Below are positions 62,936 to 64,000 of a DNA stretch of 64,000 nucleotides, in pieces. How positions within the stretch are numbered: the first letter of the stretch is position 1; the number at the start of each line of letters is the position of its first letter. The DNA comes from Azolla caroliniana. Taxonomy: Eukaryota > Plantae > Polypodiophyta. Below the pieces are notes generated by a model, which saw only the letters and a list, made by a program, of their open reading frames with translations, was not told the origin of the DNA and did no database searches. The position numbers were made by a program, and so were the translations under genes. The DNA lies in assembly GCA_043228905.1 (NCBI GenBank), contig JBHGNT010000003.1, positions 7,192,001 to 7,256,000 of the forward strand. The letters run 5' to 3'.

Positions 62936-64000
62936 TGATGCTTCTATTTGGAAGGGATTCAAACTGTCACGGACACATCAACCACGGACTACGATGTAGC
63001 CTGGATGACAAGGCTACAACCGATAAGGTTACGAACGCGGAACTCGACTTGATAATGCTAGAAACTTGGGAAGTTGGGAGCGACGAGATGAGGAACTTAA
63101 GATTCTAGGAACAATACGAAAGAGCATAAACAAGAATACTAGATTGATGTGTCAGTGACTAGCATTGAATCCCTTGAAAGGGACCAAGGAGATTACAAGT
63201 ATTTATACATGTTTGTGGGCTCTACATGTAGTTCCATGCATTGACCCATTTTCATGCAGAAGCTTCTGGAGGTTTCTCGAAGCTTCTAAAAACTCCTAGA
63301 ACTTTGAGTAGATAATTTACTAAGATATACATAACATGACTATCTATTTGGATGTGTTGGTTAGAACAAAACACTTGAGTATATACAAGAGGTGAAGAGT
63401 TTGATTCTTTACATGACTGTGACACAACCAATCCCATTGATTGAACGACTTGATAAGTCAGTCGTTCGAACTTTTGTGTTTGTTGACCCGGACAACATTC
63501 CCATCGTGTTATGTGTCCATTCGAGACCCCCATGTTTTAGGTTTATCACAAATCCACATCTTTTATGACTATGCTTTTGGAATTGCAATAGATTCACATG
63601 GAATGCGAGATTTGGCATAGAGGAGTTCACTGATGACTTAGATATGACACTTCTTGTTGAAACATGGAAGCAGGATACTCAAAGGATTCAAGGTTTAGGA
63701 AACATAATGTACACTCTTTGATATGGGCAAAAAATCCAAAACAACAAAGAGGACAAGGAGGGGTGGTGTGTTTGATTAAGAAGGAAATGGAGAAATATGT
63801 ATTGATCATTGAAAATAATGAACATAAATGCCACATATGACTCAAAATAGAAACACCTAATGATTTGCCCACTTTTGTAGTTGGATGTTACATTCCTCAT
63901 CAAGATTCTAACTTTTATGCTTGTTTGGATAAAGATCAACCTTTTGCTAATCTAGAAGATTATATTACTTATTTCAAATCCAAAGGGCAAGACATTGTCT

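Larger units (their letters stand above)
16444..63424 (-). mobile_element. Element A: non-coding LTR retroelement (TRIM/LARD-like), outermost layer of the nest
   Basis: 5' LTR 62965-63424; 3' LTR 16444-16849 + 61681-61748, split by B; TG..CA ends; TSD CAACC at 16439-16443 and 63425-63429; PPT (minus AAAGGGGAGTATAA) at 61749-61762; 1.2-kb internal region of tandem repeats only. Confidence 0.88.

Noticed and set aside
62284-62938. D/K/R-rich ORF (62615-62938 +) and hydrophobic S/L/F ORFs on the minus strand
   Set aside because: Translations of the 30-bp purine-rich repeat, with no domain signature.
63430-64000. Short Cys-containing minus-strand ORFs after element A
   Set aside because: Fragmented across frames with no recognisable family; not enough to call.

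Overview
Plant genomic DNA, probably a non-seed plant such as a fern (inferred from the TE lineages and intron style). Bases 1-6682 hold a 5'-incomplete multi-exon gene encoding ankyrin repeats, a CCCH zinc finger, an RRM, an OST-HTH/LOTUS domain and a C3HC4 RING. Bases ~7-16 kb are TE remnants: a LINE 3' fragment, an hAT MITE and solo LTRs. Bases 16444-63424 are one nested block, labelled here A-H, with most layers bounded by readable target-site duplications (TSDs). Non-coding LTR element A (TSD CAACC) contains Copia B (GAACA). B contains chromovirus G, which contains Copia C. C contains Copia C', Copia D, Copia E (which contains Gypsy H) and gag-only Gypsy F. The standout is a 7,485-bp TIR DNA transposon (52612-60096; 33-bp TIRs, 4-bp TSD ATTG) inserted in B's integrase. 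It carries two divergently oriented genes. One is a Sola-like DDD transposase with a C-terminal BAH-like domain. The other is a six-exon gene fusing a ParB-like domain to a bacterial-type beta-class amino (6mA/4mC) DNA methyltransferase, with two long palindromes in its first intron. This copy looks mutationally inactivated, but the architecture suggests a transposon-borne DNA-modification system. Other notable signals are a -1 frameshift pseudoknot in H, a Tf1-like self-priming PBS in A, and 4-bp CCGS TSDs for H and F. All domain calls come from motif recognition by eye; no searches were run.
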